From: the human T2T-CHM13v2.0 reference genome, Homo sapiens
Direction: 5' to 3' (one strand)
Length of the DNA: 64,000 bases
NCBI RefSeq assembly: GCF_009914755.1
Contig: NC_060934.1
In this document: one piece after another, positions 46,066-59,259 of the stretch
Numbering within the stretch: the stretch's first letter is position 1
Layout: the number at the start of each line of letters is the position of its first letter
Translations under genes and position numbers: made by a program
The notes under the pieces: generated by a model
What the model was told of the DNA's origin: nothing
Seen by the model: only the letters and a program-made list of their open reading frames with translations
Database searches by the model: none

Positions 46066-46476
46066 TGTGTTAGGCCGTTTTGTTTTCTATAAAGAAATGC
46101 CTGAGACTAGATAATTTATAAAGAAAAGAGGTTTAATTGGCTCACGGTTCTGCAGGCTGTACAGGATGCATGGTGCAGGCATCTGCTCCTGGTGAGGCCT
46201 CAGGAAGCTTCCAGTCATGATGGCAGGCAAAGGGGGAGTAGGCGCATCATAGGGTGAGAGCAGGAGCGAGAGAGAGGGGAGGTCCCAGACTCTTAAACAA
46301 CCAGGCTCAGGTGAACTCACTGAGCAAGAGCTCGCTCATCACCAAGGGGATGGCACTAAGCCATTCATGAGGGGTCTGCCTCCATGATCCAAGCACTTCC
46401 CACCAGACCCCACTTCCCACACTGGGAATCACATTTCCAGTGAGATTTAGAGGGACCCAACATCCAGACAGTGCCA
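46066..46476 (-). mobile_element. MSTA/MSTB MaLR solo LTR
   Basis: ctataaagaaa..cctgagact..taatttataaagaaaagaggtttaattggctcacggttctgcaggctgtacagga. Confidence 0.88.
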
Positions 46477-48024
46477 CTCCCTAAGGAGGGAGCCATGAGC
46501 AGATGTGGCGCAGGAGGCTGAGGCTGGGGAGATCTGGGCTGACCAGAGACCCTGAGTGGGCTACTGCTTGCGGTCCACTGCGGTGAGTCTCGGGGCTCCT
46601 TCTGGGGTCTGCAGGATGGTGTGCCTGAGGCTAGGGGCAGGTCCGGGAACCCCATGTCCTCTTCAAGGCCAGGCCACCCAGCCCTTCAGCAACACTGCCT
46701 TGGGGCCTGTCCCTGGAGAGGAGATGAGGCTGCTGAGCTGTGCCAGGGCTGCCTCAGCGGGGCTAAGTGTGTTGGAGGAGGCTCACATTCCTGGGTGTGC
46801 TCCCACAGCATGTGGGGTAGACCTGTTCAACCTGGAAGGACTCTGGCCCCAAGAGGTCAGAGTGGCTGCCGCAGAAGGACACCTCTCAGGCCTCCCTTCA
46901 GGAGAAGCTACCCCAAGGGACGTGACTGACCATCCCAGCTGCCGCACCTGCAGGCGCCGCTGTGGTACTCACTCCCAACACTTCCTCTCCCCGGACTGCC
47001 CCTGCTGGAGGCTGAGCCAGCGAGGTCATTTGCAGATGTGGGACTCCTCCGGGGGGAGTCTTTGCCTGGGTCTCTGCCTCACCTGGCTGAGGCATCCCTA
47101 GAGCGGTGCTGGCTGAGGCTCTTCCAATTCTCTTTCTGCCCCCATCCTTGCAGCTGTGACAGCCGGATGCCAGGGTCCGAAGGCTCTCCTGCCTATTCCT
47201 GCTCTGTACCCCCTTTATCCTTCAGAGATATTTCTTGGAGGACCCCCAGATGACTAAGCCTGAGGAAGGAACAGTCCTGCCGAGAGCCAAGGGGCCCCAG
47301 CACCACCCATAGCCCTGGCAGGTATGTCTGGCAGGAGATGCTGCCTGGAGACAGGTGGAACCCCCCCCATGGCAGCACCCCCAAGTCCAGCCTTTGAAGG
47401 AGCTTTTGGGGGCAGTGCTTGGAAGGCTTCAGTTCCCACACAGCCTTGGGCCTGACTCAGCTTCACTCACAGCCCTTGGTCTCCCCGTTGGCAAATGTGT
47501 GCTCGTCTAGGCCCCTGCCTGAGATCCCTGCTGGCCAAAGCTCCATCTCGGTTTATCTGGATCATCTTCTCCCAGAGCCTCCTGGCCCTTTGTGGGATTG
47601 AAAGGATGTCAGGGCAGGAGGGCCTTCAGACTCTATCAGGCTCCACCACTTAAATCTACAGAGAGGTACAGAGAGGGTAAGTAACTTGTCTGAAGTCACA
47701 CAGTAGGTCTGAAGCAAGCTAGTCAGGACCATGGTTGTGTGATGGTCCTTCCTGGTCTCTTCTCACCTGGCTGGGTGATTTCCTGTGACCTCAAATCAAA
47801 TCAGAGGTCACTGCCTCCAAGGGCCATCCATATGCAGCCCAGACCTCTGAGGGGAGGGCAATGGGTCTCAGCATCTGCCTCCCCAGCCTGCAGACCAAAC
47901 CCCTCCACTGACATTGCTGGGGCCTCCTCAGCCTGGCTCAACTGCCTCTCCTGGTTCTCCTAGGCCCACCTCAGGCTTTCACTCACTCCCTTGCCCTCCT
48001 GGGGGACCTTCTCCTCTTGACCCA

Positions 48025-48400
48025 TGTATTAGTCTGTTGTCACGCTGTTAATAAACACATACCTGAGACGGGGTAATTTATAAAGGAAAGAGGTTTAATT
48101 GACTCACAGTTCAGCATGGCTGGGGAGGCCTCAGGAAACTTACAATCATGACGGAAAAGGAAGCAAACATGCCCTTCTTCACATGGCGACAGCAAGCAGA
48201 ATGAGAGCTGAGTGAAGGAGGAAGCCCCTTATAAAACCATCAGATCTCGTGAGAACTCACTCGCTATCACGAGAATAGCATGGGGGAAACTGCCCCCATG
48301 ATTTAATTACCTCCCACCGGGTCCCTCCCACCACACATGGGGATTATGGGAGCTACAATTCAAGATGAGATTTGGGTGGGGACACAGCCAAACCATATCT
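48025..48400 (-). mobile_element. THE1 (THE1C-like) MaLR solo LTR
   Basis: tgtattagtctgtt...gggacacagccaaaccatatc, full LTR length. Confidence 0.92.
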
Positions 48401-49089
48401 CTTCGAAGGTTTCCATGACCCCAGCCTAAATAGCCTGCCCTGGGCCTGGGCTTCTTGCTTGGCCCTTAGTGTAGCATAGTCCCCACCGTGGTCTTTGCTT
48501 CACGAGCATCTCCTGCCTCAGAACCAGCCTGAATGCACCTTGAGGGCTGGAGGTTTGAATCCTGGCTGCACCTGGCCCAGGTGGCTGGCTTTCTCAGCCC
48601 ATGAGGTGGAGGTAAGAAAGTGCATGGGCTTTTGAGTTAGACAGACCTGGGTTTGAGCCGCAGTGTGGCTGGGGTGGCCTCCTCACATCTTTGTGAATCA
48701 GTTTCTTTGCATGTAAAATGGGGAAGTTGAAACCCATCTTGGATATGTGAGGAAGACCCGGCTAATGTATGGAAAGTGCTCGGGATGGTACCTGGCCCAG
48801 CGGCTCTTCCCAACCATCTAAGCTGCCTCCCCTTCCCTCCCTGCCTTAGGGTCTGGCTCAGGGCTGAGCACCCAGGAGATGTTTCAAATCCAGAAGTGGA
48901 ACTGTGGGGAAATAGTGGAGGAGGCTTTCTGGGAGGGGTCTGCTGGGGAGACAGTGAATTCCTGTCAGCTCGCAGTGGAGCTCAGAAATACCGATTCAGC
49001 ACTGGCTTCCAGAGTGAGAAACTCTGCAGGGCTGGGAGTTGTGGGGAGAGAGAGAGGAGATGGGAGGTGGTGGAGTGGGGGTGGGGGTG

Positions 49090-49340
49090 AATGAGGGAAA
49101 GAAGAGACAGAGAGAGAGAAAGAGGAGTAGAGGCGGAAAGAGAGGAGGTCAGAGATACAGACAGACCCGGAGGGAGAGACACCAAGCGACTGGCAGAGAA
49201 TGAATCAAATAAACAAAAAGATGGAGAGAAATCCAGACAGTTAGAGAGGCAGAGAGCCAGGAGAGGAAGTGTGCAAGCTCAGGAAATGGAGAGAGAGAGG
49301 GAGACAGAGAGAGAGAGAGAGGGAGAGAGAGAGAGGGAGA
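49090..49340. repeat. GA-rich low-complexity polypurine tract
   Basis: Imperfect (GA)n runs. Confidence 0.85.
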
Positions 49341-52300
49341 TTCTGGGGGTACAGTTTGCAGGCCAGGTCCCCTGTGCGCTGCCTGAGCACCTCTCCACAG
49401 GGCAGGTGGGGGGACTTCCTTTTGGGTGAGGACCTTTCAGGCTGTCTTTTTCCTGGTCAAAGGCCATGTCCACTCGTGACCCCTGTGAGTGCTTCCCTGG
49501 AGTCCTGCAGCCCAGGGCCAGCAGCAGAGTTGGCTGTGGCCTGATCCATGGGGGCTCTGGAAATCCTGGAGCTTGGTGATGAGCCGTTCAGAGAACACCT
49601 CCAAATGCCAGTGCCCCAGTGGAGGGGCTGAAAGCAGGGCAGGGAAGGGACATCTGTGGACTTGTATTTCAGGCCAGCAGGGCTTGAGGTGAATGGAGGA
49701 GGAGGAGGGCGAATGGTCAAGTTTTTTAGTCTCTCTGGGGTGGACAAGTCCACTCTGCCTCATTCCACTGCCTTAGCTTGAGTGCCTCTAGGGCCAGGTG
49801 GCTCCCGCATCCCCTAAGAAAGCCTGCTGTGAGAGTGGGAAGGTCTTCACTAGGTTGGTGCTGCCACTCTGGCCTTGGCTGTGGGGTGTGTGTGTGCATG
49901 CAGGTATAAGCTGTAAGCCAGCATGAGACCACAGCGCTGCCTGTGGGGAGAACTTTGCTCCCCCAGAGGAAGCAGGGTCATTTCTCTTTGGGTCCCTTAG
50001 TTGACTTCAAGCCCCTTCAGTCTCAGAAAAGGACTTTTGATAGATTCATTTATACTGAAATGCCAGGAAATAACTTTGTAGTTTCCCCTAAAGGGGCAAT
50101 TTTAACCTAAAGCATCACTTCTCTCTGGGGCAACGGCAGGCAGTGGGGTGGGAAGTTAGCGGGGAGGGCTGCTCTCTCTGGCTCCCGTTGCCACCAGAAT
50201 CCCTCCTCCCACCTCTACAGCAGGCTCTTGGCAGGCGGGGACCATTTCTTCTGTTTCTTCTGTGTCCTTCCCAATCAGGACACAGTGAAGTCCCTCCAGA
50301 GGGGGCTCCCAGTGAGGGGTAGAGATAGAACAGCAAGAAGAGCCTTTGCACCCGTGAGCCACATCACCAAGCAAGCACTGACTAAGGTGTGAGTCCCAGC
50401 TGTGGGTGGCTGCTGTGTGGCCTTGGACAAGTCCTCACCCTCTCTGGGCCTCCATTGCCTACCTGGGAAAGATGAGGTTTGGGAGAGTGATGGTCATTGA
50501 AGGCTCCTCTGGCAGTGGTGTCTGAGGTTCTGGGCCTTTCACCCGCCTCAGGTTGCTGGTCAGCACCCGGGCCACGCACTGATTGCCACAGGACCGGGTG
50601 ATGGATTCTAGATGACCCAGTGGCCCTAGACCAGCCAGGCAACCAGACTCTTCCATCCGGAAATAGTGGAAACGTTCTTTAGACACCCGCTTGTCTGACT
50701 CCCTCAGTGACAGGTGGGGAGACCAAGGCCTGGGTAGAGGGGTGGCTTGCCCGAGTCCCACATCATATGAGCATTGGGTCTGAATTACGAACAAGTCTCC
50801 TGCCACTTTTCGCAGTTGGTTGAGTCTTAGGGGTAAATCCTGGTGGGCTCCCTGACAGAAGTGAAAGCTAAGATAGGTTCTGAAGGAAAGTGTGAGTGGG
50901 GAGAGATGGGAGGGGTGGGTGTAATTTGCAGGTCTTACAGAGAGGGGCCCCAACTTCTGCCCAGAAGTCAGTTGGGAAGGGAGAGGGGCTGGGTGGTCCA
51001 CCTGCCCTTGGCCTGTCTATCTCCTGCACCCTAAGGCTCCAGAAACCCCTGGCAAGGGCTGGCGTCTAAGCTGGCTGCTCTGCATTTGGTCTCTGGTGTG
51101 AGTACTGGAGGACACCTCTCCCTGTGGGCTGCCCCTGGGTCAGTGGCTAGACTGGGCTGGCCACCACCGTAAATCACCCAGGGAGCTGGGCTAGTGGACA
51201 TGGTTTGTGCATCCTGGGCACCCACCCTGCAACTCTGAGAACGGACGGCAACATGTCATTTTAACAAAGTTGCCGATTTCCTTGTCACATAGGAGGTGGA
51301 CAGCCATGGCCAGCACCACCTCACTCACCCCCAGACCCCTCCAGGACCTCCCCAGCCTGGTGAGTGGGTGCAGAAGGTGAAGGCTGACAGGTCCCATCAA
51401 CTGGATTGGGGAGAGGCACCTACCGCCCCAGTGGAACTGGCATCTGAGTTTTGGTACCCCCCGACCTCCCACTCTGCCTCCTACTCTCTTGACCATCTCT
51501 CAGTGGGATCTCAGCAGATCCCACTGTCCCTGAGTGTGCTGTGCCAATTTATCCCCCAGATGTATGCACACTGCTCCTGCCACCTGGAACACATTCTTCT
51601 TTCCCCTCTATCTGGATTCTTCTTTCAAGGCCTAGGTGAAGACTTCTCCCTCCAGGAAGCCTCCTGTGGTTGTCCTAGCATAACCCTTAGACCTCTGAGA
51701 GCAGGTGAGCAGCTTTTGCTTGCTAACTTTGGTGATCAGGCTAGTTGCTGCCTGGAGCACCTGACAGAGGCCGCATTCAGGCTCAGCCGGAAAGAGTAGC
51801 ATGGATGGGCGATGTCTATCCGGGTCAGGGAGAGGGAGGCTGGGGTGGCTTATGTTTACTTTCCTTGCTGAGGCTTCTGGGCCATGTGGCCATTGTTCAT
51901 ACCCTTTGTGCACGCAAAACTTCTCTCATCTCTTTACCCCCTGTCTGCTCAGGGGATACGTAGTCCCCTGACGGCAGGCGCCCAGCCTCATGCTTCCTCT
52001 GTGCCCCTCATCACGCTGGGCACACATAAGGCTCCGTAGACCTGAGTCAGATGGAGGGGCAGAGCATAAGATGCTGTCACTTTCCATGGGGAAACTGAGT
52101 CATAGAGTTTCAGAGCCATTTACAGGGAAGGGACCTGGGGCTCGGAAGGGGAAGGCATTTTCTCACGGCCCCAGAGGGAGTACTGGGAAGGCTCTATGAG
52201 AGACTGGCGGTCAAAGTGTAGCTTCCATGCCTGAAGGGTGTCTGGCAGTCCAGGTGGAGCAGGGGTCCCGATGCTGCCTCCCCATGCCCCCGGCCCTGCA

Positions 52301-53149
52301 GAGGCTCCTCCTTTTTTCATCCGAGGCTCTGAGAGCATTCATTAGTGCACTTTACTCCCATGTGGGGTATCCATGCCTTTCATTATTCCCATTTTACAGA
52401 TGGGAACATGGAGGGAGCAAGGGGTTCATGGCTGGACCCCAGGTCCCATCCAGCAGGTTGCCAGTGGCTGTAGTGACTCTGGCCCCAAACATGGGCTGGC
52501 CATGACCCTGGCTCAGGTTGGGCCCCAGGCTTATCAAGGAGATGCTTCTCCCCTTAGGGGAGCCCAATGCAGAGAGTGTCTGAGCTAGAAAGTCACTTAC
52601 AGGTTGCAGATTCTGAGCCCCTGGTGATCCAGACGGAGAAAATGAGTCCCAGAGAAGGTCAGGGGCTGGTCCCAGACCACACAGCTTCCCTTAATGGACA
52701 GGCTTCCTGACAACCAGTTCTCCCCCAGTCTTCCCAGAATGCAGAACAGAGGGAGAGCTGTGGCCGTGTATCTGGGTCCTTGCTGGAGCTCCATCCTGCT
52801 CAGGCCCGAAAACACTGGAAAGGAGACCTGGCTGGATGCTCCAGTAGCCTGCCCTGGGCCAGCATGGCACTGAATCTCTGCAGTCTCACCTAGCCTCAAG
52901 TTCTCACTGTAGTGTAAATGACTGATAGCAGAGCCTTTCCTGCAGCCATGTTGGCAGGAGGGGGAAAGGAGCCCCTGAAAGAGGAAATGGTACGCTTCTA
53001 GGTGTTGCAGGGATGGGTTGTGATGTAGTCCAGAGAGGGAGTCTGGGGGCCTGGACACTCAACTTCTTCTGAGCCCCGCTCCCAGATTGGCCCTCCTCCT
53101 CTCCCTCCTCTTCCTCCTCAGTCTCTCCGTCTCCCCTCCTCTTGTCCTC

Positions 53150-53370
53150 TTGCAGCAGCTGTTAATCCAGCCTCCCCTCCGCATGGTGCATTGTAAAGAG
53201 CTGGCCCTCTGACAGATTTGCATTGGTGGTTTATTGATTTAATTAAGCAGGGGCTGTAAACAGTGCCCCCCTCCTCAGCCTGAGGAGCATCCACAGGGCA
53301 CCTGGCTGGCTAGCATTAAAGACCCATGGAGGCCGCTGACTGTGGAGGCAGCCTGATTTAAGGACCTGTG
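53150..53370. promoter_or_regulatory. Candidate developmental enhancer (dense motif cluster)
   Basis: TAATCC, CATTGT, TGACAG, ATTTGCAT, TTTATTG, TGATTTAAT and TGTAAACA within ~100 bp of non-repeat DNA. Confidence 0.5.
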
Positions 53371-54294
53371 ATTCCCGTGAACTTTGTTCCTCCATCCCTC
53401 TTGGATTCTATCAGAAGTGCCATCACAGTGGCAGTGATGGCTTAATCATAGCCCAGTGCCTCTGCCAGGGAGAGAGGGCCTCAGTGGACAGCAGGCAGAG
53501 GGTCTTGGGAGCCGTGGTTCTCAGTCTGCCCCGCCCCCTCTCTCTGGCCCCACCAGTCCGGGGCCCACCCCAGCTGTTCCCACTCCTGCGAGTGCCCTGC
53601 CCAGTGCTCTGGGAAGGCTGCTCTTTTGTCCTCAACAACAGAGCCGCAGTTCCGGAGGCCCATGGTGTACTTTACCGTGCCCACTCTTGCCTGGCATCTC
53701 CAGATGCCACCATAGAGCAGGCATTTGCTGCGTCTGCAAAATAGGCAGGAGTGACTGTAGGTGACCGCTGTGTGCCCCACTCCCTCCCAGACCAGGGAGT
53801 GCTGGCCTGGGAGACAGAGACCTGGGGTAACTGTCCCGTCCTAGCCCTGACTCTGCAGCTCTGCCTCCCGGCTGCTGTCTCCGGGCTGCTCTTTCTGGTT
53901 GTGGGTAAGGGGATGGAGTCAGCACTATCCAAGCTCCCTTCTAGCCTGCTAGTCACCTTTCCTCTTTCATGGGGAGATGTTCTTATGCCAGGGAAGGCTG
54001 GGCACTGGGCTGGGCAGGATTCTCACCCCTATAGGGTCAGCCGATCCTCACACCAGCTCTACAAAACAGTAACCTCGTCCCCCACCCACCCCTTAGAGAT
54101 GAGCAACTCAGACGTTGAATGACCCGCCTCAGGTCACTCAGCCCTTAAATACAGAGCTTGGTTTGAGCTGAACTAGTGCTAGGAGAGGTGAGGATGATGT
54201 TGCTGGATCTCCCCTGGTATCTGCCCCTGATGCTACCTCTCCAGTCAGTTGTAAGGTCCCCTTCCCCAGAGCCCCAAGGAGATGTCTGACCCGG

Positions 54295-54576
54295 AGGAAT
54301 GGAGCCTGGGTGACAGAGAGGCTGTAGGTACGCAGCCTGGGTAATGGAGAGGCAGCAGGAACGGAGCCCGGGCGACGGAGAAGCAGCAGGAACGGAGCCC
54401 GGGCGACGGAGAGGCTGCAGGAACGGAGCCCGGGCGACGGAGGGGCTGCAGGAACGGAGCCCGGGCGACGGAGAGGCTGCAGGAACGGAGCCCGGGCGAC
54501 GGAGGGGCTGCAGGAACGGAGCCCGGGCGACGGAGGGGCTGCAGGAACGGAGCCTGGGTGACGGAGAGGCTGCAGG
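54295..54576. repeat. 31-bp minisatellite, 9 copies, consensus AGGAACGGAGCCCGGGCGACGGAGRGGCTGC
   Basis: Units start at 54295, 54326, 54357, 54388, 54419, 54450, 54481, 54512 and 54543, with no indels. Confidence 0.97.
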
Positions 54577-55730
54577 CATTCTTTGGCCCCTTCCATTGTT
54601 GAGGAAGACCCAGGCCCAGGTCAGTGTCGCACAGTTGGCCATGCTTCCCTCCGGAGCCAGGAGGCTGGGTGAAAGGGGTGGAGCATCTTTGCAGGCTTGG
54701 GGCTGGGTGCAGGGGACAATGCCTTGTGGCTCAGAGCCTGACGGCTGACGGGGTCCTTGGAGGCCCACTGCCCAAGATGAGAACACTGAGGCCCAAGGCC
54801 ACACAGTCCGGGTAGGGGTCTCCCTGGGGGAGCCTGGCCCTCTCTCTGCTGATCCTCCTCCCATTTACAGCCCTAGGCACCTGGATCAAGGTGGGCAAAA
54901 TCAGCTTGCTGGGCCTCCGGGGGGCAGAGGGGCAGCAGGCAGTGAGGGGAAGGGAGGAAGAGACGGGTGGGAGCTGACGGTGGCAGGGACGCGCCCCGCA
55001 GGTCTGTGTTAGCTGTGTTTGTCTGGGAGTTCACAGCTGCTGGTGAACATCTGCTCTGTCTCCCGCCTCTCACCACTGCCTCCCGCCTCACCGCCCCCGC
55101 CCGGCCTCTTTCTGGGCGCTCCCTGTCATCCCTCCTCTCACCAGCCCTGCCCTACCTGGTTTCTGCTTTTCTCGGTTTTGTTGCCTCTCCATTTCTTTCT
55201 CTCTTCCCTCTTTCACACTCTGGGTCTCTCAGAATTGGTCCTCCCTGCCCTTCCCCAGGGAGGCAAGCCCCTCCAGCCCTCTGGGCCTGGGGGAGGTGTG
55301 GAGGTGAATGTGATCAGCTGGGCTTGGGTCTGCAAGGCTGGGGCCCTTGCCATTCTCTGGCTGGCCTCTCTGAGCTTCCACTGCCCCATCTGTAAAATGT
55401 GGACTGAGGGGCGGGGACAGTGACGGCTGAGGACAGTGCCTGACATCTTGCGGGGCTCCCTCTGTCCCACATCCAGGTGCGGAGTTATTGCCACAGTTAT
55501 CCAACCTGCCTGTTCCCAGGAGACCTGGAAGAGCACCAGGACTCCTGGGAGCCCTGAGAGGTTACAGATTCCCGAGCCCATTCTCCCAGCGCCATCCAGC
55601 CCAGTGGGCCCCACCCTCCTGCATCCCTGCCACGTTGTTCCTCACAAGTGGTCATCCACCCCTAGTGTGACATGGTCACCGATAGGGTGAGTTGACAGCC
55701 TGGAGTCCTAACACCACGACTCAGCTCTCA

Positions 55731-56153
<423 letters not shown>

Positions 56154-56559
56154 TCAACAAATGGGGCTGACTATTCTTGTTGAACTCCTCTGTGGTGGGG
56201 AGTTCACCCCATGTGAAGCTGCTCAGAGTATTGGAATGGGATCCCAGAAGCCCGTTCTAGATGGTACCTGGGCGTGTTGAAATGCTTCAGTGCCCCAGGG
56301 GAGTCCTGCCCAGCCTGCTCCAGTGGAGCTCCTCTTCCTCCTCCCAGCACCTCCCCCACCACCTGCCCATGCTGCTGCCACCTTCCACTGGCCTCCCACA
56401 GCATGACTGGCCCCGCCCACACCTGGCACCTGTTTCCCGATGGTTTACTCACTCTCCCTTCTTCATGTTGCAAAAGCCTCCCAAGTGGTTATGCTGCTTC
56501 CCTCACCCTCTCCACTCCAGTCTCTGCCTCCACCTGGAGGGATAGAAAAAAAAAACCCC

Positions 56560-57520
56560 ACTTTATTGGGGGTATTTCTTAGTATAAACTGCTCACATTC
56601 AAAATACATACATATATATATACACACTTGACGGACTTTCACACGTGTATACAGCCATGTAAAAGGCTCATAGATCAAGATATAGAACAATTGCAACAGC
56701 CCAGGAGTTTGATTGTGCCTTTTCCAGTCAGTAACCTGCCCAGAGGTAACCTCTATTGAGGCTTGGATCCCCAGGGTTAATTTCATCTAACCTTGAGCTT
56801 CATATGCATGGACCCATTTAGCACACGCTCACTTCTGTCTGCCTTCTTTCCTTCAGCATTCCCACTGTGAGATCCAAACATATGGTTGCACGTATCCATA
56901 ATTTCTTCTTTGTCATTGCTGCATAGTATTTCATTGAATGAATGTACCATGATTTGTTTATTTATTCTACAATAGATGGGCATTAGAGTTGTTTTCAGTT
57001 TTGGGTTATTACAAATAAAGCTTTGAGGAAGATTTTTGTGCATGTCATTTGGCAGTCACTTGCTTTCATTTCTCTTGGGCAAATACCTATGGCTGGAATT
57101 GCTGGATCATATGCAGGCATGTGCTTAGCTTCAGCAAATATTGCCAAATCATTTCCCAAGTGGTTGAAGCAATTAACACTCCCGCCAGCAGTGCAAGAGT
57201 TCTGGTAGCTAGCTCCAAGCTCTTGCCAAAATTCAGAATTATCATTTCTTTTTAATTTTAGCTTTTTTGGTGGGAGTATAATGGTATTTCATTGTGGTTT
57301 TAATTTGCATTTCCCTAATGATTGATAATGTTGACAACTTTTCACATATTAAGTGGACATCTGGGTATTATCTTTTGTAGATGGTCTATTGAAGTTTTTT
57401 GCCAAAGTTAAAAATTGAATTGCCTATTTTGTTCTTGATTTGAGTTTTTTTTTCTCATTCTTTTTTTTTACATATTCTGGATTTGAGTCATTTTGGGATA
57501 TATGCATGGGTGATGTGCTT
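56560..57520 (-). mobile_element. Old L1 (L1ME-like) 3' fragment
   Basis: ttacaaataaagct, ggaattgctggatcatat, cattgtggttttaatttgcatttccctaatg. Confidence 0.8.
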
Positions 57521-58459
57521 CTCTGTCTTTATTACCTACTTTCCTAACCTCTCAAAATCCCTCACCCTGTCTGAAAGCTCACTGAGCCTCAGCCTCCGAA
57601 TGTAGGGTTCCCTCTGCCAGGAGGGACCTCACCCTCTTCTCTCCTTCATCAGGGATTGCTTTTCAAGACCCCAATCAAACCCCACCTCCTCTAGAAAGTC
57701 AGCCCTTCTGCTCACAGCCCTGGTTGATATTCCCTGGCTTTGGAGGCACTGGTGCATATAGCCCGTTCAATGCCGTGAAAGAACGCATCTTGGCTTCTGC
57801 ATACACCTTGTGGGCAGGGACGGTGTCTTCTCTTTCACATCTGCCCCGTGTCTCAGGTGATGCTGGAGCTCGATCAGCTCTTGTGGACTTTCGAAGGTAG
57901 GGTCGAGGTGTGGCCCAGTTTGCCTGAGACAGTCCCAATTGCCACTTACTGACATGGCATGGTTAATAACAGCCCCTCCTGAGGCCCAGAGGAGAGGGGA
58001 GCTGAGATGGAAGCCAAGGGGCCGATCGGGAAGAGAACACTTGTTTCAGGGACAGAACTGGGTCTAGTACTGACGGCTTCCTGTGTGCCATGTGCTCTCA
58101 GATGAATCCCTCATCCTCTGCACCTCAGTTTCTTCTTCTGTACAATAGAGAAAATAAATCTTCACCTGTCTCACCGGGCAGTTATAAGGGTAAATGAGCC
58201 ATCAGATGAGGCTGTGACAGGAGACAGTGCAGACGTACAGAGAAGCTGCTCCTGTCTTCCCAAGGCCCTGCTTGCGACAGGGAATGTGGTCACCTGCCCT
58301 GTGGCAGTCCCATGGGCCCTGGGAGAGGGACATTCAGCATGCTCAGAGGAGGGACTGGCATGCCCCAGTGGGGGAAGCCTGGCCGAGTGTTAACATCAGT
58401 TCAGTCCAGGTAGTGGCTAAATGTTCTTTTTTGAATGTTCAAAATATTTCGTGAATAAT

Positions 58460-58745
58460 TTTTTTCTTTATTGAGCTATAATTGAAAAATAAAATTGTAT
58501 ATATTTATTCCGTACAATGGGATGTTTTGATATGTGTGTACATTGTGAAATGACTACTGCAGTCAAGCTAATGAACATATCCATCACCTCACATAGTTAT
58601 CTTTTTTTTTTGTTTTGGTGGTGGAACATTTAACATCTACTGTCTTAGCAATTTTCAAGTATCTGATGTATTATTATTCACTATAATCACCATGTCATAC
58701 AGTAGATCTTCAGAGCTAATTTGGCCCGCCTCACAGAAACTTTGA
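58460..58745 (-). mobile_element. L1MA-like 3' end fragment
   Basis: aaaaataaaattgtatatattt...catatccatcacctcacatagtta...tagcaattttcaagta. Confidence 0.75.
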
Positions 58746-58804
58746 CCTACATCTAAGTTTAATTTACATTTTAAAAAAATTTATTTAAAATATATTTTTT
58801 AGGT

Positions 58805-59259
<455 letters not shown>

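Noticed and set aside
53419-53441. 8-bp hairpin gccatcac...gtgatggc near a CAGTG, considered as an IRE or miRNA precursor
   Set aside because: The stem is too short for a pre-miRNA, the geometry does not match an IRE, and it is not in a known transcript
54295-54576. Regular ~30-bp repeats resembling a CRISPR array
   Set aside because: Units are head-to-tail with no unique spacers, there are no cas genes, and the context is mammalian
54138-54864. 134-239 aa ORFs with repeated peptides
   Set aside because: Translation of the 31-bp VNTR. The unit is not a multiple of 3, so the peptide repeats cycle through frames.
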